From a virus (Duplodnaviria > Caudoviricetes), in IMG/VR virus record IMGVR_UViG_3300036713_000599: a stretch of DNA of 64,000 bases; one strand, written 5' to 3'. The position numbers and the translations under genes were made by a program. Positions 47,504 to 56,551 of the stretch are shown in pieces (the stretch's first letter is position 1; every line of letters starts with the position of its first letter). Below the pieces are notes generated by a model, which did no database searches, was not told the DNA's origin, and worked only from the letters and a program-made list of their open reading frames with translations.

Positions 47504-47508
47504 GGTTG

Positions 47509-47518
47509 TATTTACACC
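47509..47518 (-). promoter_or_regulatory. GGTG-TA promoter motif
   Basis: TACACC 47513-47518. Confidence 0.55.
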
Positions 47519-47570
47519 AATCATTCAAAGTCGAAGCCATCTTTACCGTTGCTGGCAAATCTTTGACATT

Positions 47571-47708
47571 ATGTCATCGGTCTCTCCGCCTTCGACTGAA
47601 CAAGCCACTGTTCTCGTCGAAACAGTGATGAGGTACACGGAATCTTTTAACCGAGTTTGTGAGGCCGGATGGGACGCCGAAAGAATCAACGGTCACCAAG
47701 CTATTTAG
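47571..47708 (+). pseudogene. Possible tnpB N-terminal fragment fused to the tnpA remnant
   Basis: PSTEQATVLVETVMRYTESFNRVCEAGW resembles an IS605 OrfB N-terminus (P..EQ..L.ET..Y..AFN.V...GW); it runs directly into the IS remnant. Confidence 0.4.
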
Positions 47709-47792
47709 CGGTTTCTTGCGGCGGGGCTCCTCTGGAAACGACCAAGAAGTACGTTCAGAGTCAGAGGGGCGATTCCACCCCGCCCTCCTTTG
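47691..47792 (-). mobile_element. IS605 remnant: tnpA 3' end + left end with deleted hairpin
   Basis: Near-identical to 60642 onward. The left-end hairpin was lost between two CGCCCT direct repeats; the remnant abuts GTGTA. Confidence 0.9.
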
Positions 47793-47801
47793 GTGTAAGC
47801 C
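47792..47801 (+). promoter_or_regulatory. GGTG-TA promoter motif
   Basis: Hexamer ends 10 nt before ATG 47808. Confidence 0.6.
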
Positions 47802-47807
47802 TAAAGC

Positions 47808-48233
47808 ATGATCGTACGTAAGATCAGTGTATCCTTGTATTGCCGTCATGAACAAGCCGTTCTCATCGTACGTGGCTGCGACCCTGATCTGTGGGAGCCT
47901 GTAGGAGGGGAAGCTTTTGACAATGAGACTCCTCTCGAAGCTGCGAGGAGGATTATCGTCGAGGACTATGGCTGTGTCAGTGCGTCCTTTCCCTTCATCC
48001 ATAAGGTCACAGGTGCCCCTCCTGGGCTCTTGTTGTACGAAGAGCACGTGGTGAAAAATACCCTTCGTCTTAACTTCGCTTTTATTGTCGACATCCCTAG
48101 TAAAATTCTTTCGTTTAAGAGAGGATTGACAGGAATGCTGTGGTTGACTAGTGTCTCAGAACTTCCTACTGAAAAAGTACCTATTTATGTCCAAGAAGCA
48201 ATCCCATACGCCCTGCGGGCAGGAATCCACTGA
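47808..48233 (+). CDS. Nudix-fold protein with degenerate Nudix box
   Basis: LWEPVGGEAFDNETPLEAARRIIVEDYG lacks the REUXEE glutamates. Confidence 0.6.
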   Translation: MIVRKISVSLYCRHEQAVLIVRGCDPDLWEPVGGEAFDNETPLEAARRIIVEDYGCVSASFPFIHKVTGAPPGLLLYEEHVVKNTLRLNFAFIVDIPSKILSFKRGLTGMLWLTSVSELPTEKVPIYVQEAIPYALRAGIH

Positions 48234-48555
48234 CGTCGGTGTAAGTAGAACCATGTGTATTGATTGCGTTTTCAGTGGGCATGTGTGCCGGCGAGGCCTG
48301 TGTGAGGGAGCGGCTCAATCATTTTTTCGCAGTGCCAAAGGCACTGTCTGGCCTCTATGTTCTGCCTGTGCCGAGCAGCACAAGCGAGTGAGTGTGAGGC
48401 TTGCCAAAAAGGGCAAACTGGCTGTAATGCCCCTCGCTGGTGCGATGTTTGACATTCCTTTAGATGACCTTGAGACCTTAGCTACTTGGCGGGACCAAGA
48501 TCCCGAAACAGTTTCAAGCATCGTCCAGGCTGTGGACGACTCGGTGAAAGATTAG
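48151..48555 (+). CDS. Cys-rich hypothetical protein
   Basis: CIDC..C..C..LCSAC; start uncertain. Confidence 0.45.
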   Translation: MSQNFLLKKYLFMSKKQSHTPCGQESTDVGVSRTMCIDCVFSGHVCRRGLCEGAAQSFFRSAKGTVWPLCSACAEQHKRVSVRLAKKGKLAVMPLAGAMFDIPLDDLETLATWRDQDPETVSSIVQAVDDSVKD

Positions 48556-48866
48556 CCGTGAATAGCCGCAGCTGCCATCTTGAGCAGCGTCTTGTTTTCG
48601 GCCGCCTCTCGGTCGACTTCCTCTACTTTGTCACGAAGAGCCCGGCCGGCCTTACCAATGGTAGCTAGCTCATTTCCTGCCATCCCTCGGCTCCTGCCAC
48701 GAAGAGCTTTGTTGGCCGCCTTCTTTGCGGCATAGGCCTTGCGGAGAGCCCCTAGCTCATTCTTCGCCTTAGCAAGCTCTTTGGCTCCAACGGTTGTCCC
48801 CCAGCAATGGGGGCAAAGGACCATTCCGATTTTCCCGTTGTTGCAATGTCCGCATGTATTACGCAT
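48552..48866 (-). CDS. DnaJ-type CxxCxG zinc finger + coiled coil
   Basis: CGHCNNG..CPHCWGT followed by an Ala/Lys-rich helix. Confidence 0.6.
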   Translation of the reverse strand: MRNTCGHCNNGKIGMVLCPHCWGTTVGAKELAKAKNELGALRKAYAAKKAANKALRGRSRGMAGNELATIGKAGRALRDKVEEVDREAAENKTLLKMAAAAIHG

Positions 48867-49037
48867 GATGCCCGTACTACGATCGCCACAGACAACAGTT
48901 CGGAAAAAATTTCAAAATAGACCTGGTTGCAGGCTCCCGCATGGTACGGGCGGAGAGATGGCGGCCGTGCTGGTGGTGATATCAGCTAACTCGGGATAGA
49001 GCCCGGTAAGAAATCGATCCAAGATATTCCCGCTTTT

Positions 49038-49637
49038 CTAAATAAAGTCGTGACGTGCGAACAATGACCGCACCCCTACCCCTGTCTCTAGTTTGATTTC
49101 CCGCACACCACCCTCTTCACGGTCTACGACGACACATATCCCGACAACTTTGTGGCCCGCCTCTTGAAGGGCTCTGACGGCTCGAATAGTGGAGCCTCCT
49201 GTTGTAACGACATCCTCTACGAGTACGACGTTCGCAGGTTTTTTGCCGTTATGGTGAGGGAAAGACGCCTCCACCAATTTGCTCGTGCCGTGGTTTTTTG
49301 GCTTCTTTCTTACATATATAGCAGATAGCGGCGGAGGTGTTTTTTTCTTCCCACTCACAGGTGCTAGCACCCTTTCAAGGTACGACGCGTACGCCACCGC
49401 ACTGGCGAGAGGGCAGCCCCCAAGTTCGACACCTGCTACAGCATCGACACCATCGAATTCATGGACTGCCTCAAAGAGCAATTGGCCTAGCTTCCAGTGA
49501 CCTTCTGCTGACAGTGCCACAGGCCGAACATCGATGTAGAAATCGCTTGTTTTGCCCGAGGCGAGCTGGAACTCACCCTTTTTAAAACTCCATCGTTTGA
49601 ACAACGACAGAAGATCCTTTTTCATGTCTTTTGTCAT
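49038..49637 (-). CDS. pyrE: Orotate phosphoribosyltransferase
   Basis: GEFQLASGKTSDFYID, VRKKPKNHG, PRPP-binding VVLVEDVVTTGGS, VVDREEGG. Confidence 0.92.
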   Translation of the reverse strand: MTKDMKKDLLSLFKRWSFKKGEFQLASGKTSDFYIDVRPVALSAEGHWKLGQLLFEAVHEFDGVDAVAGVELGGCPLASAVAYASYLERVLAPVSGKKKTPPPLSAIYVRKKPKNHGTSKLVEASFPHHNGKKPANVVLVEDVVTTGGSTIRAVRALQEAGHKVVGICVVVDREEGGVREIKLETGVGVRSLFARHDFI

Positions 49638-49794
49638 TTCATCTCCTTGTATTGCCCGAGAGAGCGGGTAGATCGAAGAAAGGTACCAACTTTTCAAGTT
49701 CTTAGAGTCGGTTCGGTCGATCTTCCGTCTCGATGACCAAAGGAACCGGCAGATCATCAATTATCGTGGGAAACTCACTGTCATTCATGGCACC

Positions 49795-50100
49795 TCACCT
49801 CGAAGGGAAGAGTTGTTCCTGGTATGCATGGAAGGTTGCCAAGACTTCGTCGAGAGTGAAGTTCTCGTCGACTTCGAAACTCACAGACTTGGTGGCGACA
49901 ACCACAGCGTATCCCTTCCCCACCCATACCCCAGGGGATGCTTCAGAGCCTAATCGGTCACGATGAAGTTCTTGAGCTGTGAACCCCGTGTAGTACAGCT
50001 CTAGTTCGAACCTCACGCGAAACGCATGGTATTCTTGGATCCACTCGACCAGAGGTAGGCGATCCGAAATGGGTACAGTAGCCATTATTTCGTTGGTCAT
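49795..50100 (-). CDS. Hypothetical protein
   Basis: Start taken at MTNEIM. Confidence 0.5.
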   Translation of the reverse strand: MTNEIMATVPISDRLPLVEWIQEYHAFRVRFELELYYTGFTAQELHRDRLGSEASPGVWVGKGYAVVVATKSVSFEVDENFTLDEVLATFHAYQEQLFPSR

Positions 50101-50265
50101 ATTCCATCTTGTCCATGGTGAAGCCCCTGTCGTCGGATGTCTTGGGCAGCGATCCATTCTTTGCGAGACTGCACTACGTGTCCTTCCACGCCTCGGTTAT
50201 TGTCTCCTGTGTCCAGGACCTGGCGTAAAACGGGTCCCGGTCCTCTTCTAACATGCCGTGAGAGG

Positions 50266-50472
50266 CTACTTGCGAGAGAGAAAGAGAGCTACAGCCCGTT
50301 CGACGATCGACGCCTTCTTCGGCTTCCCTCCTTCTGTCTTGAACTCGTAGTCTGGCCTCATACGTTTGTAGATCCCCATGACATAGTCCCACTCTTCGGC
50401 GTGGCCTTGCTCCTTGGCGATCTCTTTTGCCTTGTCCCACTTATGCTCGTCTCGTTTCGTTTTCGTCGGCAT
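50266..50472 (-). CDS. Small helical (ChaB-like) protein with C-terminal VERAVALF tag
   Basis: KWDKAKEIAKEQG..EWDYVMGIYKRM. Confidence 0.6.
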   Translation of the reverse strand: MPTKTKRDEHKWDKAKEIAKEQGHAEEWDYVMGIYKRMRPDYEFKTEGGKPKKASIVERAVALFLSRK

Positions 50473-50494
50473 ACTACCAAGAGTGAAAAGGAAA

Positions 50495-50770
50495 CTAAAA
50501 CGAGTCTTTCAAGGCGATCTTGGCAATCTCAGCCTTTGCCCGGCCAGGGTCTGCCCCGATGATAACGGTCGCCAAACACACATGGCGGCCGTACTCATCT
50601 ACGTCATCCTGTAACTTCGGAGGCATGAGAGTGCATACAGGCAACACTTCCATGAGGTGGGCTCCTAGGTTATTTGCCAGCTTCAAAGCTGCTTCCTCGG
50701 TGGGCCCTGCGACTTTTATGTGCGCACGATGAAAGGCCGTCTGGTAACTAACACCGACGATAGTCCGCAT
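50495..50770 (-). CDS. Hypothetical protein
   Basis: 91-aa ORF in the minus-strand run. Confidence 0.5.
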   Translation of the reverse strand: MRTIVGVSYQTAFHRAHIKVAGPTEEAALKLANNLGAHLMEVLPVCTLMPPKLQDDVDEYGRHVCLATVIIGADPGRAKAEIAKIALKDSF

Positions 50771-51127
50771 GTTTCCGTTCCCCGAGGTGGTAAGAATCAG
50801 TAAGATGCCTCACCTCGTGAGGGGGCGCCATTTGACTTAAACTAGGATTTCTAAGTCGTCTGCTCTCTAACCAGAACTTTTTGGGGGACTGACCATCTCG
50901 ACGGTTCATGGTTGCAGGGACTCCTACGCCCTCTTCTCTTCTTCTCGGCATCGACTGCCTTCGATAGGGCTTTCAAGTCCTGTGACGACAGTTTGCTGAA
51001 ATCTAGCTTCAAGTTTCTCTCTCCTATGTTGGGCCCAGGTGGGGTTACTCACTATTTCTACTCAAGTGGTAAAAATAGATTCAGTAAAATACAACGTTTC
51101 CGTGAGGAATCAAGTTCATTTTGTAAG

Positions 51128-52000
51128 TCAGTGCGTATTTAAAGCCAAAGCACAATCAAGAGCCTCCTCGACCTCCCTGTCAGTAAGAATTTTGGCTACC
51201 TCGAAATGCATTCCGTCCAACCGGTCGTATCTGGGGGGCCATCCATGACCTCCCCAATAAAAACCAAATTTGTTCGCGAGGGGGACAAGTTCTCTCACAC
51301 AGTTCGCCTCGCCCACGAGAGCCGGTTGTCTTCCTAAGTAGTTGCCTGCGACATTTATGTCAAAAGCTGTTCCCCAAGAATGGTTGGACAGAATCGTTCT
51401 CGAACCTCGTACGAAACGAGGGACCCAACTACCAGCCCAGCTATTAATTTGGCAGATGTGCCCCGCGTCATCCCACGCTTGGAATAACCCCAATAACTGC
51501 GCTTTAGCTTTCTTGTTCCATAAAATGCGACAACTTTTTGGAAGCCCTGCAACACCCATCCCCTTAAGTTGCGGGATCACCATGTCTGTCAGGTTGGCTT
51601 TTTTCCATTTAGAAGGTATGATGACCCTTTCGGGGTTGTTCTTCGTGGGGGCGGGAGTGTATGGTATCTCTCCGAACAAGGTCACCCTCCGTCTCCAGTT
51701 AGCAGGTTTGAGATCCTTGGGATAAGGAGGCCACCCAGGGCCTTCTATGTTTTCTCGGTCCGGCTCAATGACCTCAAACCCCCCTTCCATTGCGACGCCC
51801 CATGTGCGGTTACCTACTACACCGTCATCATTCAAGTAGGACGCACGTTGGTATTTTTTGGTCGCCTCTTCCGTTGCTGGGCCAAAAGAACCGTCGACTT
51901 CCCCAATATAGTGGCCGGCCCCCAACAAGAAATTCTGCCACTTGCGAACCAGAGGCCCTCTGGACCCTTTTCTGAGATATGTCAGCATTATTGATGCCAC
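51128..52000 (-). CDS. Modular endolysin: peptidoglycan-binding domain + M15-family peptidase
   Basis: LRKGSRGPLVRKWQ..VDGSFGPATEEATKKYQ..DDGVVGNRTW; R..LSNHSWGTAFDIN; GFYWGG..DGMHFE. Confidence 0.9.
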   Translation of the reverse strand: MASIMLTYLRKGSRGPLVRKWQNFLLGAGHYIGEVDGSFGPATEEATKKYQRASYLNDDGVVGNRTWGVAMEGGFEVIEPDRENIEGPGWPPYPKDLKPANWRRRVTLFGEIPYTPAPTKNNPERVIIPSKWKKANLTDMVIPQLKGMGVAGLPKSCRILWNKKAKAQLLGLFQAWDDAGHICQINSWAGSWVPRFVRGSRTILSNHSWGTAFDINVAGNYLGRQPALVGEANCVRELVPLANKFGFYWGGHGWPPRYDRLDGMHFEVAKILTDREVEEALDCALALNTH

Positions 52001-52018
52001 CTTTCTGTGCGTCGTCTG

Positions 52019-52058
52019 GTGAACCAGCCCTCCCTAAAGGGGGGCTTGTGTCTCTCTG
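52019..52058 (-). mobile_element. Degenerate IS605 right-end remnant
   Basis: GTGAACCAGCCCTCCCTAAAGG vs element GTAAACTACCCCTCCCTAAAGG (3 mismatches in 22); flanked by TG and GTGTA. Confidence 0.7.
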
Positions 52059-52080
52059 GTGTACTTATCGATCATACACC
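52058..52080. promoter_or_regulatory. Palindromic pair of promoter motifs GGTGTA-N11-TACACC between divergent genes
   Basis: Minus-strand copy reads GGTG-TATGAT toward the endolysin; plus-strand copy faces the gene at 52093. Confidence 0.5.
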
Positions 52081-52092
52081 ACGAGGAGCCAC

Positions 52093-52413
52093 ATGATAGA
52101 AAACAAGACCTCAAAATTGGTGATATCCAAAACCTTGCTGAGACTACGGCAAGGACTGAAAGCTGCCAGCACCAAAAAAGAAAAAGTAGGTATGATGTTA
52201 TCCATTGCGACTCAATTCAATCGAGAGCATGACATCTTCAACGGAGACTTCAACGAAGGATACCATGCCCACTTCGAGGAATTCGAGCAAGCACGTATAG
52301 TTTTCCAGCAAGCGGCTATGCGTCTCGCTCGTCTGGCTGTAAGCGTCATCGATGACGAGTTTTCGGAACCGCTCGAAACGGACAACTCTCCACCTGAACA
52401 GGCCCCAAACTAG
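52093..52413 (+). CDS. Hypothetical protein
   Basis: ATG with SD GAGGAG. Confidence 0.6.
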   Translation: MIENKTSKLVISKTLLRLRQGLKAASTKKEKVGMMLSIATQFNREHDIFNGDFNEGYHAHFEEFEQARIVFQQAAMRLARLAVSVIDDEFSEPLETDNSPPEQAPN

Positions 52414-52492
52414 ATCACCGAAAATTCTCCCCAACTGAGAGGGAGCTGTTAGGGCAAAGTCCGACATGTAAAGAAGATCGCGAATTTTGTTC

Positions 52493-53002
52493 TCACTCTA
52501 ATTCTTCTTTCAAACATTGAACCACTCCTTCTAATCTTCGACGCTGGATGTCCGAGATCCTCACTAGCACATCTCCTTTGCCGCCACGGAATCCTAGCGC
52601 CCTGTGGCTTTCGACGACATAGATATGCGTGGGCACCCCAATGCCCAGAAGGACCTCACAGACCTCTTTCCACTGGATACGGCCCGTTCTGAATTTCAGC
52701 ACGCGAGCTTCGTCCGGGCACAGGGCCAGAATCCCGAGGGATTCCAGTCCCATCGTATGAGCATGCTCCTTGACAAGAGGACCGATATCGCCCACTGATG
52801 CCATGAGGCCGTGAAAGATTTCTAGGGAGGATACGAAGGCTTGCTTAACCTTCTGCCTTTCTGGGTTCATCTTATCTCCAGGGCGGGGAGGAGGTCCCGC
52901 GTCGTGAGGCACAGAACTCGGTCTGATCGAGATCTTGACTCCTACAAAGCCTCGGCCTTCAGGTCGAGGTAGTTGACTCACAAGGTAGACTACACCGATC
53001 AA
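52493..53002 (-). CDS. Hypothetical protein
   Basis: 169-aa ORF overlapping the upstream stop. Confidence 0.55.
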   Translation of the reverse strand: MIGVVYLVSQLPRPEGRGFVGVKISIRPSSVPHDAGPPPRPGDKMNPERQKVKQAFVSSLEIFHGLMASVGDIGPLVKEHAHTMGLESLGILALCPDEARVLKFRTGRIQWKEVCEVLLGIGVPTHIYVVESHRALGFRGGKGDVLVRISDIQRRRLEGVVQCLKEELE

Positions 53003-53379
53003 ACGCCCTGCTGTTCTTTGATGTTGCTGAGCCAGTGAGCTGCGAACACGGCCTGTTCACGCTGGGCTCTCGGATAGTAGCCTTCTACCGCTCCGCCTTG
53101 ACCAAAGTCGATAGCTCGCTGGTAGTAGCCAGTATTCATCTGAATCGCGACGGGATAGAACTTCCCGTCGGGGCCGCGCCAGAATTCCATATCAGGATCG
53201 GGAACAAGGTCGCCGCACTGACTGTAATAATGGGCCATCGAGAACCGGTCCTCACTGAGACGCTCAACGCTCAAAGGCATATATACATCACTGTTGGCAA
53301 TCTTCCTGCTGGTGCCAGGTGCCATGCCTTCAATGAGCTTGGTGAGAATCTTGGTGGCTTTTTTGTTGATAGCACGCAT
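52999..53379 (-). CDS. DUF6908/DUF1249-like protein
   Basis: YMPLSVE..SMAHYYSQCGDLVPDPDMEF signature recalled from this family. Confidence 0.6.
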   Translation of the reverse strand: MRAINKKATKILTKLIEGMAPGTSRKIANSDVYMPLSVERLSEDRFSMAHYYSQCGDLVPDPDMEFWRGPDGKFYPVAIQMNTGYYQRAIDFGQGGAVEGYYPRAQREQAVFAAHWLSNIKEQQGV

Positions 53380-53762
53380 TGTGCTGGTACTACGAGGGAA
53401 GAGACGACGAGTTCGGAAAAAGATCAAACTTTTTTCGTCAGAACAGATGTCGAACCAAGGATAGCCTTGATGCTCATAGGTGGCAGCTATGACCACGACA
53501 GGAAGAGGCTGCTCGCCCGTGACAGTAGGCCCTGCCATCGAATTGACGATATGTACAAAGCAACAACGAACTCCATCCGACTTACAGAAGACTTCCCAAA
53601 TCGACATGGCGGGCGAACTATTCTGCAGAAGTTCCGAATATCTCAGCCAGTTCTTCATCGGTCACCTCTACTGGCTTTTTGTCGGTCACCTGTTCAGGTA
53701 GAGGGCGCTTCGGACTCAGCGGAGTAACAAGAGCCCATTTCTCTTCTTCAACCACACACTGT

Positions 53763-54053
53763 TTAGGATTGCTTTTCTGTCCACTCGGGATCTAGTTGCC
53801 CGCTCAGGACATCAGCCATTTGCCTAGCCCTCTTACGAGCTACAGCTAGATTCATGTAGACTTCCGGCCCAAGCCTGACACCTGGAATGACAACCTCACC
53901 TTGGGGGCGGTCTTCCGATAGCATGACAGCTTCGACCACAAAGTCTTTGTAGCTCTCGTGCTGCTGTTCCTTCACTGTAATCTCCCAAGTCTCGCCGAAT
54001 CTATAGGAGCTGTCACCAAGCCCACCGGAAAAACCTGGAGGGCGCTTAATCAT
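53763..54053 (-). CDS. Hypothetical protein
   Basis: Start taken at MIKRPPG. Confidence 0.4.
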   Translation of the reverse strand: MIKRPPGFSGGLGDSSYRFGETWEITVKEQQHESYKDFVVEAVMLSEDRPQGEVVIPGVRLGPEVYMNLAVARKRARQMADVLSGQLDPEWTEKQS

Positions 54054-54135
54054 TATGGATGTTCGGACCATGCTCGTACTACGGATCGAAGACGCACAAG
54101 TTCGGTGAAAAATCATCTTATGCTCAGCACAGATT

Positions 54136-55617
54136 ATGAGCCTATCTGAACTTGTTAAAAGGGACCCTAAGAGAGCCTTTGGCCTTATTTTACAAGAAAA
54201 GATTGCAGGTGGTATTGACGTGTCGGAACCCGTCCAGCCCCTGTTGCCAGGTATGTCGGGCATGTTGGGCTCCATGTCCTCGTGGGATATAGCACATGGA
54301 GCCTACGCCTTTGACTATATCGCGGGTTATGACAAGGATCCACGAGTCAAGAAGTTTGCAAACGACCTCGCCACAGAATACGCTCGTCGGTTTGCTGACT
54401 GGCTTGGCTATGTCTTCCTGAACCGAGCAAACATGACGAAGCACAGCAAGCCTATGAAGGCGTTGCAGGCGTCGCTCGGTGACTGGGTCGAGGCTATTCC
54501 TGAAATGCTCATGCAAGGCAAGCCCAAGGTCCTCAGTGAGTTCGTTCCAAGCGACGCTCGCAAGTTTCTAGACATGAAGGTCGTCGATGCCATTGGCCGA
54601 AAAATCTTAAAAGTCGTACAACAAGACTGGGCCAAATCCTCCCGGACCGCACGGGGAGGGCTCAGGGACCTACCCATTACTTACAATCCTAGGTACAAGC
54701 GGTACGAAATCCCCAAGTCCAAGTTAACATATCCTCATCGGAACAAGCTCCGCGACCTCGGTTTCGACACAAATCGTAATCTCGACGTATGGTGGACGGA
54801 GATACTAGAATCCGCCGCCATTCGAGCCCTGCCACAAGCAGCAGACATAAAAAGACAGAGCGAGCCAGCTCCAGCTCCAAAAGGGGACCCCTCCGACTGG
54901 TTCTTTGATGACTGGCTTCCTGGTAACATCCAACGCTTCTCGAAGGTGTTCAATGCCTTCGGGCGAGGCGCGGGCATCCCGTACGAGTTCGACTTCACCG
55001 TCTCGGGCAAAGATGTTGAGGTGAGCTTCAGGCGAAACGTCAAGACGATAAAGGACGCTGTGGCCGAACTGACGGCTCGGTACGGGGGAGCAAACGACCG
55101 AGACGGTTGGATGACGGCCATTGCGGCATGGAAACAGCTCATGTCAGCCTCGGGCAAGGCAGCTATACATGCGGTAGACATGGCTAACAATCTCGAACAC
55201 ACCCACGGTGCAATGATGGAGCACTTCCCTCCAGGTGTGCGCCGATGGTACCCTAGTTTCCTCGACTACAAATACACTGCAAGTGCCATCCAGATGATCA
55301 AGCGAATCAAAGACGAGGACCTTCGAGTTGTAGCAATGGAACTTCTGCCTCTACGTGACCGTAAAGAAAGACTCGTCATTGAAGATAAGAGCCACAGGAC
55401 GCCAAAAGGACTTGCTTTGGAGATTAGTTCGCAGGCAGGCAAAGCGAACAAGAAAAAAATGCTCAGGGGCGTAAAGGACCGTTATCCTGACATGTACGAT
55501 GACGTGGTAAAGAACCTGGAGGAGAAGGGGTTGTTCCTGACGGCGTCCCTCACTCCCCGACGCATTGTGTCAAGGTACCTGCACGAGGCCAAGCTGTCTC
55601 CACAGCAACGCGGCTAA
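54136..55617 (+). CDS. Hypothetical multidomain protein with C-terminal TASLTPRRIVSRYL tag
   Basis: 493-aa ORF; no catalytic motif recognised. Confidence 0.75.
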   Translation: MSLSELVKRDPKRAFGLILQEKIAGGIDVSEPVQPLLPGMSGMLGSMSSWDIAHGAYAFDYIAGYDKDPRVKKFANDLATEYARRFADWLGYVFLNRANMTKHSKPMKALQASLGDWVEAIPEMLMQGKPKVLSEFVPSDARKFLDMKVVDAIGRKILKVVQQDWAKSSRTARGGLRDLPITYNPRYKRYEIPKSKLTYPHRNKLRDLGFDTNRNLDVWWTEILESAAIRALPQAADIKRQSEPAPAPKGDPSDWFFDDWLPGNIQRFSKVFNAFGRGAGIPYEFDFTVSGKDVEVSFRRNVKTIKDAVAELTARYGGANDRDGWMTAIAAWKQLMSASGKAAIHAVDMANNLEHTHGAMMEHFPPGVRRWYPSFLDYKYTASAIQMIKRIKDEDLRVVAMELLPLRDRKERLVIEDKSHRTPKGLALEISSQAGKANKKKMLRGVKDRYPDMYDDVVKNLEEKGLFLTASLTPRRIVSRYLHEAKLSPQQRG

Positions 55618-55920
55618 GAAAGTAGACAGGAGAGGGGCGGGCAGGCGAGGAACAGTATTCCGCCCGAGTTTCAGCGTGCCGAACAAGGCTTCTCCGCTTC
55701 GAGAAACATAAGAATAGAAGTGAGCCTCTGCTTACCGTGACAACTCCCCTACCTGTCTCAGACGGCTAGGAAGGGGCTTCTCAGATCGTCGGCGAGCCTG
55801 ACGGCTGCACCTCCCTGAAGGCGCTGCCCGCGCCAGGAAGTAAAGACAACGGAGCTGGAGGAGCACGCGGCGGAGTAATAAATTTCACCTATGACGTATT
55901 TACCACCAAATGTACGGTAG

Positions 55921-56127
55921 TTACCTACAAGGAGGGTGTCGACCTATTTTGGCCCACGGGCTTGGGCTGTATAATAGTCTCCCAGTGTCGTATTCCCGGA
56001 TGGCTTGAAGTACTTCACACACTGCGTCCCAGGTAGCCCTTCGAAGGTTAACATTTTCTGGGATCCGCGCACTAGTGACAATGTATCTGATGGTAACTTC
56101 AGTAGGTGCGGTGATTGAGGTAGTCAT
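55921..56127 (-). CDS. Hypothetical protein
   Basis: 68-aa ORF. Confidence 0.45.
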   Translation of the reverse strand: MTTSITAPTEVTIRYIVTSARIPENVNLRRATWDAVCEVLQAIREYDTGRLLYSPSPWAKIGRHPPCR

Positions 56128-56160
56128 GTCTTTGCAAAAACCGTTACTGATGGCTACAAC

Positions 56161-56325
56161 TTAGCATTTTTTGGGGGGACGAACAGTCTCGGCGTCGGAG
56201 GGAGCAATGCCTGTACTAGAAGTGCCTTCGTCATACTTAGCTTGTAGTTCTTTTTCTGCCAAAATAGCGGAAAAAGGCATTCGGGGCGGAAGGGGGAGTT
56301 TGTTGATGTGGGTTTCGTTTGCCAT
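56161..56325 (-). CDS. Hypothetical protein (54 aa)
   Basis: Hand-translated MANETHINKLPLPP...RPPKKC; TACACC motif at 56340. Confidence 0.4.
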   Translation of the reverse strand: MANETHINKLPLPPRMPFSAILAEKELQAKYDEGTSSTGIAPSDAETVRPPKKC

Positions 56326-56551
56326 AGTCGTACTACGTATACACCAATTAAGAGTTCGGACAAAAAGATTGGTGGTGTACCATTTTGTGGTAACCGGTAT
56401 CTGAGCACAAGACCGTTCGAACCTCCTGACACCGACATCCCTCTCTGTCGCGAATGCCGCAAGAGTTAGAGCAGTACCAGCCTGGGAGGACGGTGCGAGT
56501 TTCTCCTGGGGCGGCTTGGGCCTACAAGGGATTTTAGTTCAATTTAGCCAA

